Shown: in pieces, positions 49,403-58,577 of the stretch | Layout of the letters: each line of letters starts with the position of its first letter | How positions within the stretch are numbered: position 1 is the stretch's first letter | Origin: a virus | DNA length: 64,000 nt | IMG/VR virus record: IMGVR_UViG_3300015607_002850 | Span: 2,512 to 66,511 of that record | Reading direction: 5' to 3' (one strand) | Position numbers and translations under genes: made by a program | Notes under the pieces: generated by a model | Database searches by the model: none | Told to the model about the DNA's origin: nothing | The model's input: the letters and a program-made list of their open reading frames with translations, nothing else

Positions 49403-49855
49403 ATGAAATACATTAGGAAGTTCAATGAGTCTGAGTCCAAATGTCCTACTTGTAAAGGTAGTGGTGAGGTAAACTACGAAATGAATATGTGGGGACAAAT
49501 TGGTACTAAGAAATGTGAAATGTGTGATGGTACTGGAGAGTCAACAGTTTATGACTTAAATTCTAAATTAGAAAAGTTTGCAGATGATGCTGAATCAGAA
49601 TTCAGAGATATGATACTTCAATTAGACCTCAATAAGAAGATGTTTGATTATTCTGAATTACATATAGATTCATATTGGAACAGATACTCTGAAAATAAGG
49701 ATGATGTTGAGTCACTTTCACTTGAGTCACGAATTAAAAAGTCAACAACAATAACTAGTGATATTATTAAGACAATTTCTGAAAAATATTATAGTTATGA
49801 GTTTTACTATGATTCTAATGGTGAGCTGACTCTAATTGTAAAGAAACTATTCTAA
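49403..49855 (+). CDS. hypothetical protein with DnaJ-type Zn finger
   Basis: MKYIRKFNES; CPTCKGSG..CEMCDGTG. Confidence 0.65.
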   Translation: MKYIRKFNESESKCPTCKGSGEVNYEMNMWGQIGTKKCEMCDGTGESTVYDLNSKLEKFADDAESEFRDMILQLDLNKKMFDYSELHIDSYWNRYSENKDDVESLSLESRIKKSTTITSDIIKTISEKYYSYEFYYDSNGELTLIVKKLF

Positions 49856-50391
49856 TACATTAGTTCGTAAACCTCATCTGCTGTAAACTCCGGATCTGTT
49901 ATCCTTAAATCATAATCAGATAATCCTTTGAAATCAATATCATCTGAATCAAGTCTTCTTGATATTGAATCATTCTTATCTTTCCTTTTGAATAATCTAC
50001 TTTCTCTGATACCTCTATCGATATCGAGATACACTACAAAGCATCTTTTTCTATCTTCTTTTAGTAAATTACTATACTCACCTGGAGTCATTATAAATAC
50101 TTGACCTTTTTCAAATTCTTCTTTTGTTAGACCATAGTACCATTTTTCTGGATCTGAGTTTTCTGGAGTTACTATAAATTCTTGGTAAGCAAAGAATTTA
50201 TTTTCATTTATTAAGTTAGTGAATTTTTCAGTAGATATAAAATCATAGGTGATTCCTTGTTGTTCAAATTTTCTTTGAGGTCTAGTTGTTGTTTTTAGAC
50301 CAGCTACTAATCCTTTCTCAACAAGTTTCCTCATTAAGAAGTCTTTTCCTGAACCACTAGGACCAATTATTATGCATTTTTCATGCTTCAT
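49852..50391 (-). CDS. gmk: guanylate kinase-like protein
   Basis: GPSGSGKD, TTRPQR..EQQGITYDFI, WYYG; start reassigned to MKHEK (50391). Confidence 0.85.
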   Translation of the reverse strand: MKHEKCIIIGPSGSGKDFLMRKLVEKGLVAGLKTTTRPQRKFEQQGITYDFISTEKFTNLINENKFFAYQEFIVTPENSDPEKWYYGLTKEEFEKGQVFIMTPGEYSNLLKEDRKRCFVVYLDIDRGIRESRLFKRKDKNDSISRRLDSDDIDFKGLSDYDLRITDPEFTADEVYELMY

Positions 50392-50419
50392 TTGGTATTT
50401 TAATTTTATATTTATATCA

Positions 50420-51226
50420 TTATAGGTCAATTTGTTTATATCTCCAATAGAAACCACCAGCTCTCCTATTAATATTTTTACAACAAAATAAAATATTTGA
50501 AGAATTGACACCCACATGAATTGCCGCATCTTTAAGTGATTTAAATATTGCAATTAGATTCAAATTTTCATCATACTGATACACTGTTTTTCCTATTTTA
50601 TCTTTTCTTGTCATGTCTATTTTCATCAATTCAGTGCCATCATCGTACTTCCAAATAAATTTCCTATGATGTTTCCTTTTCCCAGTTAAACAATTCGATA
50701 TTTTGGCATAACTAAAATATCCGTTACTTTCCAAAACCGCATCCTTTACACATTTATACTTTTTTACTAAATTATAATTTAAATCATACTGTTCTATTGC
50801 TTTGTAGCTATGTGTATTTGGTATTCCAATGAGTTTGTTTCTTATTTTATTTTTTGTTGACTCGCTGCATTTTACACCCTTATTATGTGGAATATTACCA
50901 TTTTTCCAAGTATGATTATTACCAATGCTCAATCCATCTCCACCACTTGTGTAGTTGACCAACTTAAATCCATATGACTTATAAAGTGATATGTAAAAAC
51001 ATTCCCAGAAAACCCATTCTTCTAAATTTACCTCATCTATTACTAATAGTTCAGGTCTATATCCATTTGATCTTAGCTGGTTTATCCAGTTCCTCTTATG
51101 AGTATTTTTATCACGAGCGGAATTGAAGTGATTCTTATATCTATTTAATGGATTATTTGACTTGCCGATATATTTAATATTATTATCTCTCGGATCTATT
51201 AGAGCATAAATAAATGTTGTTTTCAT
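50420..51226 (-). CDS. GIY-YIG homing endonuclease with NUMOD3/NUMOD1 modules
   Basis: FIYALIDP..KYIGKS, LVNYTSGGDG, PHNKG..SESTKNKI, two QYD..S..DA..I..C..WKY repeats. Confidence 0.88.
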   Translation of the reverse strand: MKTTFIYALIDPRDNNIKYIGKSNNPLNRYKNHFNSARDKNTHKRNWINQLRSNGYRPELLVIDEVNLEEWVFWECFYISLYKSYGFKLVNYTSGGDGLSIGNNHTWKNGNIPHNKGVKCSESTKNKIRNKLIGIPNTHSYKAIEQYDLNYNLVKKYKCVKDAVLESNGYFSYAKISNCLTGKRKHHRKFIWKYDDGTELMKIDMTRKDKIGKTVYQYDENLNLIAIFKSLKDAAIHVGVNSSNILFCCKNINRRAGGFYWRYKQIDL

Positions 51227-51267
51227 AATTTATATATTAAGATATGAAACACATTTTCCTAAAAAAA

Positions 51268-51780
51268 TTATCTTTTGATAGTATTGATGTCATCCTTTTT
51301 GAAATCATCAAAATTCATGACTCTCTTCTTTTTCTCTTTATCTGATGTATCTGTGTAGTTCTGTCTTTGAGAAAGAGCATTTTTCAATCCTTGAAGTGCT
51401 TTAAGAGTCATTCTCTTTTTTCTGGATTTCTTACCAGTTCTACTGCCATGACTTGTCCCCATTTGAGCTGGGGCTTTTTGAAATACTCTATTGGAACCAC
51501 CTGGGTTATAAGGCATTGATACATCACCAGATCCAAGTGTTCCACCATGACTAGCCCAATTTGTACCAATTGTAGCACCTGCTAATCCAGATGGTTGTGA
51601 GGAAACAACAGCCCCCATGCCACCAGATGGACCTCCAGTTGCGGAAGTGTCTTCTAATATCATTCTTTCTTTTTCAGATATAGCATTACATACTTCTACC
51701 ATTAGAGGATCATTTTGCATTCCCTCTCTTATAAGTCTCTTTTTGATAAGATATAATTCAACAATTGGTAGATTTATCAT
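51268..51780 (-). CDS. hypothetical Gly-rich protein
   Basis: 170 aa; late promoter upstream. Confidence 0.6.
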   Translation of the reverse strand: MINLPIVELYLIKKRLIREGMQNDPLMVEVCNAISEKERMILEDTSATGGPSGGMGAVVSSQPSGLAGATIGTNWASHGGTLGSGDVSMPYNPGGSNRVFQKAPAQMGTSHGSRTGKKSRKKRMTLKALQGLKNALSQRQNYTDTSDKEKKKRVMNFDDFKKDDINTIKR

Positions 51781-51790
51781 AATCTATATA

Positions 51791-52087
51791 TTATATTTTT
51801 TTCTTGTTCATTGTAATGGTATAACCATTTTTCTTAACCCATTCTGATACCTCAGAAATATTACTACCTTGTCTAAATTCATAGAAGTATGAGTCCATGT
51901 TTGTTACGATATCCATTATCTTACCTTTCATCGGTGTATAATAAACTATCATTTCAAATTTCCTTTTCTTAGAAAGAAATCCTGGTTTATACTCACCTTC
52001 AATTACCATTTGGTTTAGCATTCTGAAGTAAGATGGTTTTTCTGAACCCATAAAATCTTTATATGTTTTTACTTTTCTATCGCTCAT
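51791..52087 (-). CDS. hypothetical protein
   Basis: MSDRKVKTYKDF N-terminus. Confidence 0.6.
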   Translation of the reverse strand: MSDRKVKTYKDFMGSEKPSYFRMLNQMVIEGEYKPGFLSKKRKFEMIVYYTPMKGKIMDIVTNMDSYFYEFRQGSNISEVSEWVKKNGYTITMNKKKI

Positions 52088-52146
52088 ATTTTTAAACAAG
52101 TCTTTGACTTAATTATATATAAATTATCGAATATTAAAAAGTCCAA

Positions 52147-52854
52147 ATGGATAAAATAAAGCAATTAGAAATAAAGAAACTTCTAAAGGAATTAGACTAC
52201 GTTGAATCTGATTTTGAGTATAAATCAGAGATAATATCTGAGAACGATAGTAAATTCATGCAAGATGTTAATAAGTTTTTGGAAAAACATCCAAATCTAA
52301 AAGAGATGTTTGATAAAAAAATTAATGATAAGATACAAGACATCTTAAATAAGAACAAAAAGAATGATAATACAGATATAATAAAAAGAGAAGAAGAAGA
52401 TGTTATTGACACCGAGGATACTAGAACAGATAGCGATAGTGACAAAAATGATGCACAGGAAGGAGCTGAGAAAGAAGAAGATATCCAAAGTGCTGAAGAA
52501 GATGAAATTAAAGAGAATATAAAGTCTCCGAAGATTAAGAAACTATACAGAGAGATAGTTAAATTGACACATCCAGATAGAGTAAAAAACAAAAGGTTAA
52601 ATGACTTATATCTAAAAGCAACAGACTTCTATGATAAGAATGATATTGCTGGTATCTATGATATTTGTAGTGAACTGAAGATAGAATATGATATGGATGA
52701 AGAAGATGCAGTCAATATCATGATTAAAATTAAAACACTAAAAGATAGAATTGGATTTGTTGAATCAACATTTACATGGAAATGGCATTACTGTAAAACA
52801 GACCAAGAAAGAGACCAACTCATATATCTTTATATAAGGACACAAATACAATAA
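52147..52854 (+). CDS. J-domain-like protein
   Basis: IKKLYREIVKLTHPDRV (helix II-HPD) after an acidic linker. Confidence 0.65.
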   Translation: MDKIKQLEIKKLLKELDYVESDFEYKSEIISENDSKFMQDVNKFLEKHPNLKEMFDKKINDKIQDILNKNKKNDNTDIIKREEEDVIDTEDTRTDSDSDKNDAQEGAEKEEDIQSAEEDEIKENIKSPKIKKLYREIVKLTHPDRVKNKRLNDLYLKATDFYDKNDIAGIYDICSELKIEYDMDEEDAVNIMIKIKTLKDRIGFVESTFTWKWHYCKTDQERDQLIYLYIRTQIQ

Positions 52855-52881
52855 AAAACCCTCTCAATTGAGAGGGTTTTT
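52853..52881. terminator. bidirectional terminator between convergent genes
   Basis: AAAAACCCTCTCAATTGAGAGGGTTTTT palindrome. Confidence 0.8.
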
Positions 52882-52886
52882 AATTA

Positions 52887-55424
52887 TTAGAATGTTTTAG
52901 TTAAATAATGAACAACTATATCATCTGTTGGGTCTAATTTGAAACCTAAAACAAAAGGATTCAAATATAAAACTGAACTTGTACCAACTGTTGTAGTACC
53001 AGTAACACCACCATCTGTTGAGAAATAAGCTGGTGATGATGAGGTTGCTGAATTTGTTTTCACATATAAACCATTAATGTAAACATGAGGTGCACCATCT
53101 GAAGCAGTACTGAATGTATATCCAAGTGCGTTTACTGGAGCATTTACTGTCTTTAAGAAAGTTCCTGTTGGTGAATTAGCGATTGATAATTCTGTTTGGG
53201 CACCAACGTTGGATAAATAGCTATCAATTGCTGATAATGCTGATTGAACTGTTGAATTTGTAGCAATATTGGTAATTGGTAGTATTGATGTTGTTAATAT
53301 AGTTCCAGCATCAGAGAATAAACTGTTACCACTAAATGTGACACCTTTTACTAGACTAACTGAAACTGTAGCACCACCACTACCACTTGTTACATTAATA
53401 CCACTTCCAGCTTTAACTAATCCTGAAACCGATGAAGTAAAGTTATTAACTTGACCAGAAGTTATCGAAATTGAAACTGCGGTTGCTGCAATTGCTTGAC
53501 CTTGAGCGTTAAATGTAACAGAAGGTACTGTGTCAGCTGCACCATATGTATTGGCAGTTACCGTAGTATTTGATATTGATACTGTGGCACCACCCCCACC
53601 AGCGGTTATGATAGTAATACCTGTGCCTGCCTTAACTAAACCAGATACAGATGCAGTGAAGTTTGATACTTGCCCACTTGTTATAGATATTGATTGAGTA
53701 GCAACTGTTGTTAATTGACCTTGTGCGTTAACCGAGAAGGTATTAATCGAACCAGCTGCACCGTATGAACCAGATGTAACACCAGTGTTTGCAATTGAAA
53801 ATGTAGCAACACCACCAACAGTACTAACTGTTAACCCAGTACTAGCGTTAACTGATGCTATCGACAATCCTTGGACTGAAGCGGTAAAGTTTGAAACCTG
53901 GCCACTTGTTATAGATATAGATTGAGTAGCAACTGTTGTCAATTGTCCTTGAGCGTTAACCGAGAAGGTGTTAACTGAACCAGCAGCGCCATATGAACCA
54001 GCAGCAACACCAGTGTTTGCGATTGAAACTGTAGCAACACCACCAACTTGCGATACCGTTAATCCTGTACCAGCATTTACAGATGCTATCGACAATCCTT
54101 GGACTGAAGCGGTGAAGTTAGAAACCTGACCACTTGTTATCGAAATTGAAACTGCAGTTGCTGCGATTGCTTGTCCTTGAGCATTAAATGTTACAGAAGG
54201 AACAGTAGCAGCGTTACCATATGTATTTGCGGTAACTGTTGTGTTTGCAATTGAAACCGTAGCAAATCCACCGACACTTGATACGTTAATACCAGTACCA
54301 GCAATTACTTGAGTTGCTAATCCTTGAACTGAAGCGGTGAAGTTTGATACTTGCCCACTTGTTATAGATATAGATTGAGTAGCTACCGATGTTAATTGAC
54401 CCTGTGCGTTAACCGAGAAGCTATTAACTGAACCAGCAGCGCCATATGAACCAGCAGCAACACCAGTGTTTGCGATTGAAACTGTAGCAGCACCACCTGA
54501 GTTACTAACTGATATACCAGTTCCAGCACCAACTAATCCAGTAACGGATGAAGTAAAGTTTGATACTTGCCCACTTGGTATTGATATGGCTACTGATGTA
54601 GCAGCAGTTGCTTGACCTTGTGCGTTAAATGTTACTTGAGAAACTGATGATGCTGATCCATAAGTTCCAGCTGTAACACTTGTATTTGCTATGCTAATTG
54701 TGTCAGCTGCAACTGATATACCAGTTCCAGCACCCACATCTAAGATACCATTTGTTAATGTTAACCCATTACCAGCAACATAATTTGCTAAAGTTAATTG
54801 TGTGGATGAGAATGTTAAACCTCCATTTGGTGATAAATCAATATTAATAGTATTACCAGTGTTTGTTAAACCATCACCCCAGATAAAGTTACCAGCGCCA
54901 TTAAATTGTGTCCATAATTGTGTATCGTTTCCAGGTGATACGGTAGCACCTGTAGCGTTTGTGTCATATAATACCCAACCTGTTGAACTGAAGGTGGCGC
55001 CTCTCTCGACAAATGTATAATTGCCAAGTGAAACCTCATTTGCCGGATCACCATTTGAATCAGATGCTCTTGACCATGTACCTGCACTAACTACATAAAT
55101 ACCATTATTTACAGCACTTGCTTGACCTGCTAATAATACCCTTTTTCCTAATGATGCAGTGATGCCATCAATAACCACTGATGTTCCATTTGGTGTTATG
55201 TTGCCTACTGCAACTAAGTAAACTGACTCTTTAGGATCTAATCCGGATGAGAGAGAGTCAGCATATTGTTTTGTTATAAATGCTTGTGGAATATTTGGCA
55301 CTTCGTAAGCGCCAAGATATGATCCTGTTGCAAATAGGAATGTACCCTGACTACCACTTAAATCCAACTTTAATAAGTCTACCGTTGAATCTTTAAGTTG
55401 TTTACCGTTAACTTTACCGTACAT
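52887..55424 (-). CDS. tail-fibre/virion appendage protein with tandem repeats
   Basis: TKQYADS..GLDPKESV, RVLLAGQ..NNGIY..WSRASD fibre N-terminal domain; six 72-76 aa repeats. Confidence 0.75.
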   Translation of the reverse strand: MYGKVNGKQLKDSTVDLLKLDLSGSQGTFLFATGSYLGAYEVPNIPQAFITKQYADSLSSGLDPKESVYLVAVGNITPNGTSVVIDGITASLGKRVLLAGQASAVNNGIYVVSAGTWSRASDSNGDPANEVSLGNYTFVERGATFSSTGWVLYDTNATGATVSPGNDTQLWTQFNGAGNFIWGDGLTNTGNTINIDLSPNGGLTFSSTQLTLANYVAGNGLTLTNGILDVGAGTGISVAADTISIANTSVTAGTYGSASSVSQVTFNAQGQATAATSVAISIPSGQVSNFTSSVTGLVGAGTGISVSNSGGAATVSIANTGVAAGSYGAAGSVNSFSVNAQGQLTSVATQSISITSGQVSNFTASVQGLATQVIAGTGINVSSVGGFATVSIANTTVTANTYGNAATVPSVTFNAQGQAIAATAVSISITSGQVSNFTASVQGLSIASVNAGTGLTVSQVGGVATVSIANTGVAAGSYGAAGSVNTFSVNAQGQLTTVATQSISITSGQVSNFTASVQGLSIASVNASTGLTVSTVGGVATFSIANTGVTSGSYGAAGSINTFSVNAQGQLTTVATQSISITSGQVSNFTASVSGLVKAGTGITIITAGGGGATVSISNTTVTANTYGAADTVPSVTFNAQGQAIAATAVSISITSGQVNNFTSSVSGLVKAGSGINVTSGSGGATVSVSLVKGVTFSGNSLFSDAGTILTTSILPITNIATNSTVQSALSAIDSYLSNVGAQTELSIANSPTGTFLKTVNAPVNALGYTFSTASDGAPHVYINGLYVKTNSATSSSPAYFSTDGGVTGTTTVGTSSVLYLNPFVLGFKLDPTDDIVVHYLTKTF
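53350..54700 (-). repeat. six tandem coding repeats of about 220 nt (order A-B-A-B-B-A)
   Basis: Units SIANT...NAQGQ...ISITSGQVSNFTASV; long near-identical nucleotide tracts between units. Confidence 0.85.
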
Positions 55425-55465
55425 AGTTTATTTTTATTTTTGTATTCTATATATTAATTTAGAAA

Positions 55466-56296
55466 TTAAACATTTAATTCTATCCTTATAAAATCATCTA
55501 TATCGATACTATATCCAAGACTCACTGTATCTATATCAACTGTACTGCTGATTGAATTATATGAATATTTGTATATTAAAATTCCGTTAATAGTAACAGA
55601 AATTATATTATCTGCTCTAACAAATGAAGGGACAGATATTGATGGAGATACTACCCCAGTTACCTCCATTATATTGGTTACACCACCAACGAAATTAAAT
55701 GACCCAACTCTACCTGTATATTTCCAATATTCTACGACTGGTGGATTGATATCATCAATTAGGTCAGTTGGTGAATAAAAAGGAAATCCATTAATGAATG
55801 TAACAGTATCACCCTGTATTGCATAACTAGATGTTGAGCAAGTTGTACCTGCTTGTGTTTTTACAACAGCAGAGTAAAATGATCCATATCTTTCAGGAAC
55901 TATTCTTGTTCTTTCTCCTAAAGTTGTTATAAATTTATATGAATAAGAACTTGGTATGTAAGTTGGTGATGTGTTTGTTGTAAACTCTACAATAGGTGAT
56001 ACTGATGCACTTGCATAAGTACCTGGTATTAGATTACTTTCAACCCATATATCCTCAACTAATACATCCGAAAAATCTACATAATCTCTATCATCTAGAT
56101 ATTTAACAAGTTTCCAAACATTACCATTCCATACCAATACTCTATCTAATAGTGTGTCATAATATATAAGCCCTTTATCCTCTCCGATATTTGGAGTTGG
56201 GATGTTTTTATAATCACTATTCTCAAGAAGAACTTGTTTAATTTGGTTCTTATTGAAGTTATGATGAATGTATATTTTCTTCTCAATATTAGACAT
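55466..56296 (-). CDS. putative virion structural protein
   Basis: GLIYYDT..RVLVWNG.VW fibre-type motif; adjacent to the fibre gene. Confidence 0.55.
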   Translation of the reverse strand: MSNIEKKIYIHHNFNKNQIKQVLLENSDYKNIPTPNIGEDKGLIYYDTLLDRVLVWNGNVWKLVKYLDDRDYVDFSDVLVEDIWVESNLIPGTYASASVSPIVEFTTNTSPTYIPSSYSYKFITTLGERTRIVPERYGSFYSAVVKTQAGTTCSTSSYAIQGDTVTFINGFPFYSPTDLIDDINPPVVEYWKYTGRVGSFNFVGGVTNIMEVTGVVSPSISVPSFVRADNIISVTINGILIYKYSYNSISSTVDIDTVSLGYSIDIDDFIRIELNV

Positions 56297-56931
56297 TATA
56301 TAATAGTAATTTTAGCTTTTTTATCTGACAATAGTTTTTCAAAATCCTCTTTCCTAAAGTATTTTTTGAAGACATCATTCTCCTTATCTGTGTTTTGAAG
56401 CATCCACTCATTACCATTGCTTGTTGTATATATGTAATTCTGGTCACCATCTACAACTTCAATTGTTTTTGATGTTAATTTGTCATAAAACTTTTTAATA
56501 TCATCATTGACTTTATAAAGTTTAGCTTCCTCCCATTTTTTAGTAGTCTCATTCCAACTTTGGAAAACTATATAAAGTGGATTTTCTAATTCATTACTTT
56601 CAGATCCGTATATGAACATAAACTTACAAGGCTTATTTAGAAATGTCTCATAATCATCTGTGTTCTGTATTGATGCTTTCTTAAGAGCAATACTTGCTAA
56701 TGAGTTAAGGAATTCAACATTATCAGCTAAGTAATCAATATCCATTTTATTTTGGAACTGTTCTTTTGGTAATTTAAATGTGTTGAATATGTCAATTTCT
56801 TCTGCTCCGATTGAACTTAATATTGCATCCTGCCACAAATTTAAAGACTCCATTAGCTCTCTAGCTGATGAAAACTGCAAATCAATGACAAGTGATTCTT
56901 TGTACTTTTGATAAGATTTTATCCATTTCAT
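56296..56931 (-). CDS. hypothetical protein
   Basis: MKWIKSYQKYKES N-terminus. Confidence 0.7.
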   Translation of the reverse strand: MKWIKSYQKYKESLVIDLQFSSARELMESLNLWQDAILSSIGAEEIDIFNTFKLPKEQFQNKMDIDYLADNVEFLNSLASIALKKASIQNTDDYETFLNKPCKFMFIYGSESNELENPLYIVFQSWNETTKKWEEAKLYKVNDDIKKFYDKLTSKTIEVVDGDQNYIYTTSNGNEWMLQNTDKENDVFKKYFRKEDFEKLLSDKKAKITII

Positions 56932-56946
56932 AAATCGGCTTAGAAG

Positions 56947-56966
56947 TTTTAATATATATATTAAAA
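56947..56966. promoter_or_regulatory. bidirectional TAATATATA promoter palindrome
   Basis: TTTTAATATATATATTAAAA perfect palindrome between divergent genes. Confidence 0.6.
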
Positions 56967-56983
56967 TATCTTTATCGAAATCA

Positions 56984-58372
56984 ATGAAGTGGTTGAGAAA
57001 TTACAAATTGTTTAAGGAATCTAAGCAAGAGAATTATTCTAATAAGAATCTAATACATGAAATTTGTGTTAGTATGGTTCTTTTAAATAATGGATTCCTG
57101 GATAATATATTAGATAGAGGATTGAAAGCGAGATATTCAGAAAACTCACAAATATTTCTAACTGATCTAAAAAATCTACTTCTAGCAAAGAATAGATTAC
57201 ATCTTGGGAAGTTTATAGAAAATAATAAATGTGTTGCTGATGATGAGCTATCAAAGGTAAATGGACTATTTGATTCAGTTGAATTCAGTATTGAAGAAGA
57301 TTGGGATAAGTTAGTTGCAGCTAGAACTACTGCAAGAAATATAATTGATAAATTAATACCAGATGAGAAACTATCATCTGAAAGAATATCTGCTATCTAT
57401 TGGATAGGTCCAAATAAGGACAAAGAACACCAAGAGGATATAGTACTTGAAACTGCTGATGGTAAACAATATAGTTTCTTCTTAAATAAGAACCTTAGTT
57501 CTCAAAAATCAGCAAGTTTTAACTTATTTGCAGATGATTTAATCGGTCCAAATTTAGATAAACTATTCAAAGAAGAATATTTAAGCAAATGGGATAAATT
57601 AACACAAGAATGGGTAAAGCTTGTATATGAAAATGCAAATAAGAACATTCAACAACATATAGAGAAATTTATTGATCCAAAGAGAATTGATACAATTGGT
57701 TATTTTGAATACTTTGATATAAGACATAGAGACCCAAGATTCAAATATCTTGGTGAGTTTATAAATGAATTTAATAAGAACATCCTTAAATTCTCAGACC
57801 TTATGAGTGAGATTTGGAAGAATAGGGATAACTGTTTTATGGATGTTGAGAGAGTTTTCAAAGAGTGGATGGAAACTAAAGTTTTTATCCTTAATTCAAA
57901 AATATTAGAACACCTATTAACTGAATCTCTTAAGTCTACACACGAAGATGATATTATCAAGCAAGATGATGGTTATAAATTAGCTAATGGTACTGTTAAG
58001 ATGAAACTATTTAAGACAATAGTTGAGAAAATGGATTGTTTAGAGAGACCTGTTTATTATCTTGGTAATAAGGGTGCTCAGTTCTATCAGATACCATCAA
58101 GAGAATTCTTCAGAAAGTTCTATGATGAGTTAAATATCAAATTCGACTATCACGTTAAGTTTATAGTCTCTAAAGAAGAAGAGAATAATGACTTTGTGAT
58201 TAAACTTATATTAGAGATGGACAACGAACCATTGATAAACATGAATATTGTTGTTAAGTTTTCTGGTGGTGAGATGAGTGGTAAGCTTTCGGCTAAATAT
58301 AAATTTGAATTGGCTGATGATTTTAACTATAAAGTTTCTAAAAAAATGTTAGATCAAGGTGAAGTACATTAA
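56984..58372 (+). CDS. hypothetical protein
   Basis: MKWLRNYKLFKES N-terminus; 462 aa. Confidence 0.7.
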   Translation: MKWLRNYKLFKESKQENYSNKNLIHEICVSMVLLNNGFLDNILDRGLKARYSENSQIFLTDLKNLLLAKNRLHLGKFIENNKCVADDELSKVNGLFDSVEFSIEEDWDKLVAARTTARNIIDKLIPDEKLSSERISAIYWIGPNKDKEHQEDIVLETADGKQYSFFLNKNLSSQKSASFNLFADDLIGPNLDKLFKEEYLSKWDKLTQEWVKLVYENANKNIQQHIEKFIDPKRIDTIGYFEYFDIRHRDPRFKYLGEFINEFNKNILKFSDLMSEIWKNRDNCFMDVERVFKEWMETKVFILNSKILEHLLTESLKSTHEDDIIKQDDGYKLANGTVKMKLFKTIVEKMDCLERPVYYLGNKGAQFYQIPSREFFRKFYDELNIKFDYHVKFIVSKEEENNDFVIKLILEMDNEPLINMNIVVKFSGGEMSGKLSAKYKFELADDFNYKVSKKMLDQGEVH

Positions 58373-58577
58373 GAAATTCGAGTCCTATGAGACCAAATAT
58401 GAGTGTACACATTGTCGTTCTTGTTTCACTGCTGATGAGTGGAATGACTATAATAGAACTTACTTAATATCGTTCGGATTTCCTGGATTACCAAAAGCTA
58501 AAGAAGATGAAGTTGGTAGATTTGATTGTCCGGAGTGTGGTGAGACATCATCTGCCATTGATATGGAAGAATACTAG
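58359..58577 (+). CDS. small Zn-ribbon protein
   Basis: MKYIKKFES; CTHC..CPECG. Confidence 0.6.
   Translation: MKYIKKFESYETKYECTHCRSCFTADEWNDYNRTYLISFGFPGLPKAKEDEVGRFDCPECGETSSAIDMEEY

Noticed and set aside
50392..50553. 53 aa N-terminal extension of guanylate kinase
   Set aside because: It overlaps the GIY-YIG gene; the P-loop position points to MKHEK at 50391.
53350..54700. CRISPR array or DGR template/variable repeat pair
   Set aside because: Repeats are in-frame coding units without unique spacers; differences are not adenine-specific and no reverse transcriptase is present in the window.
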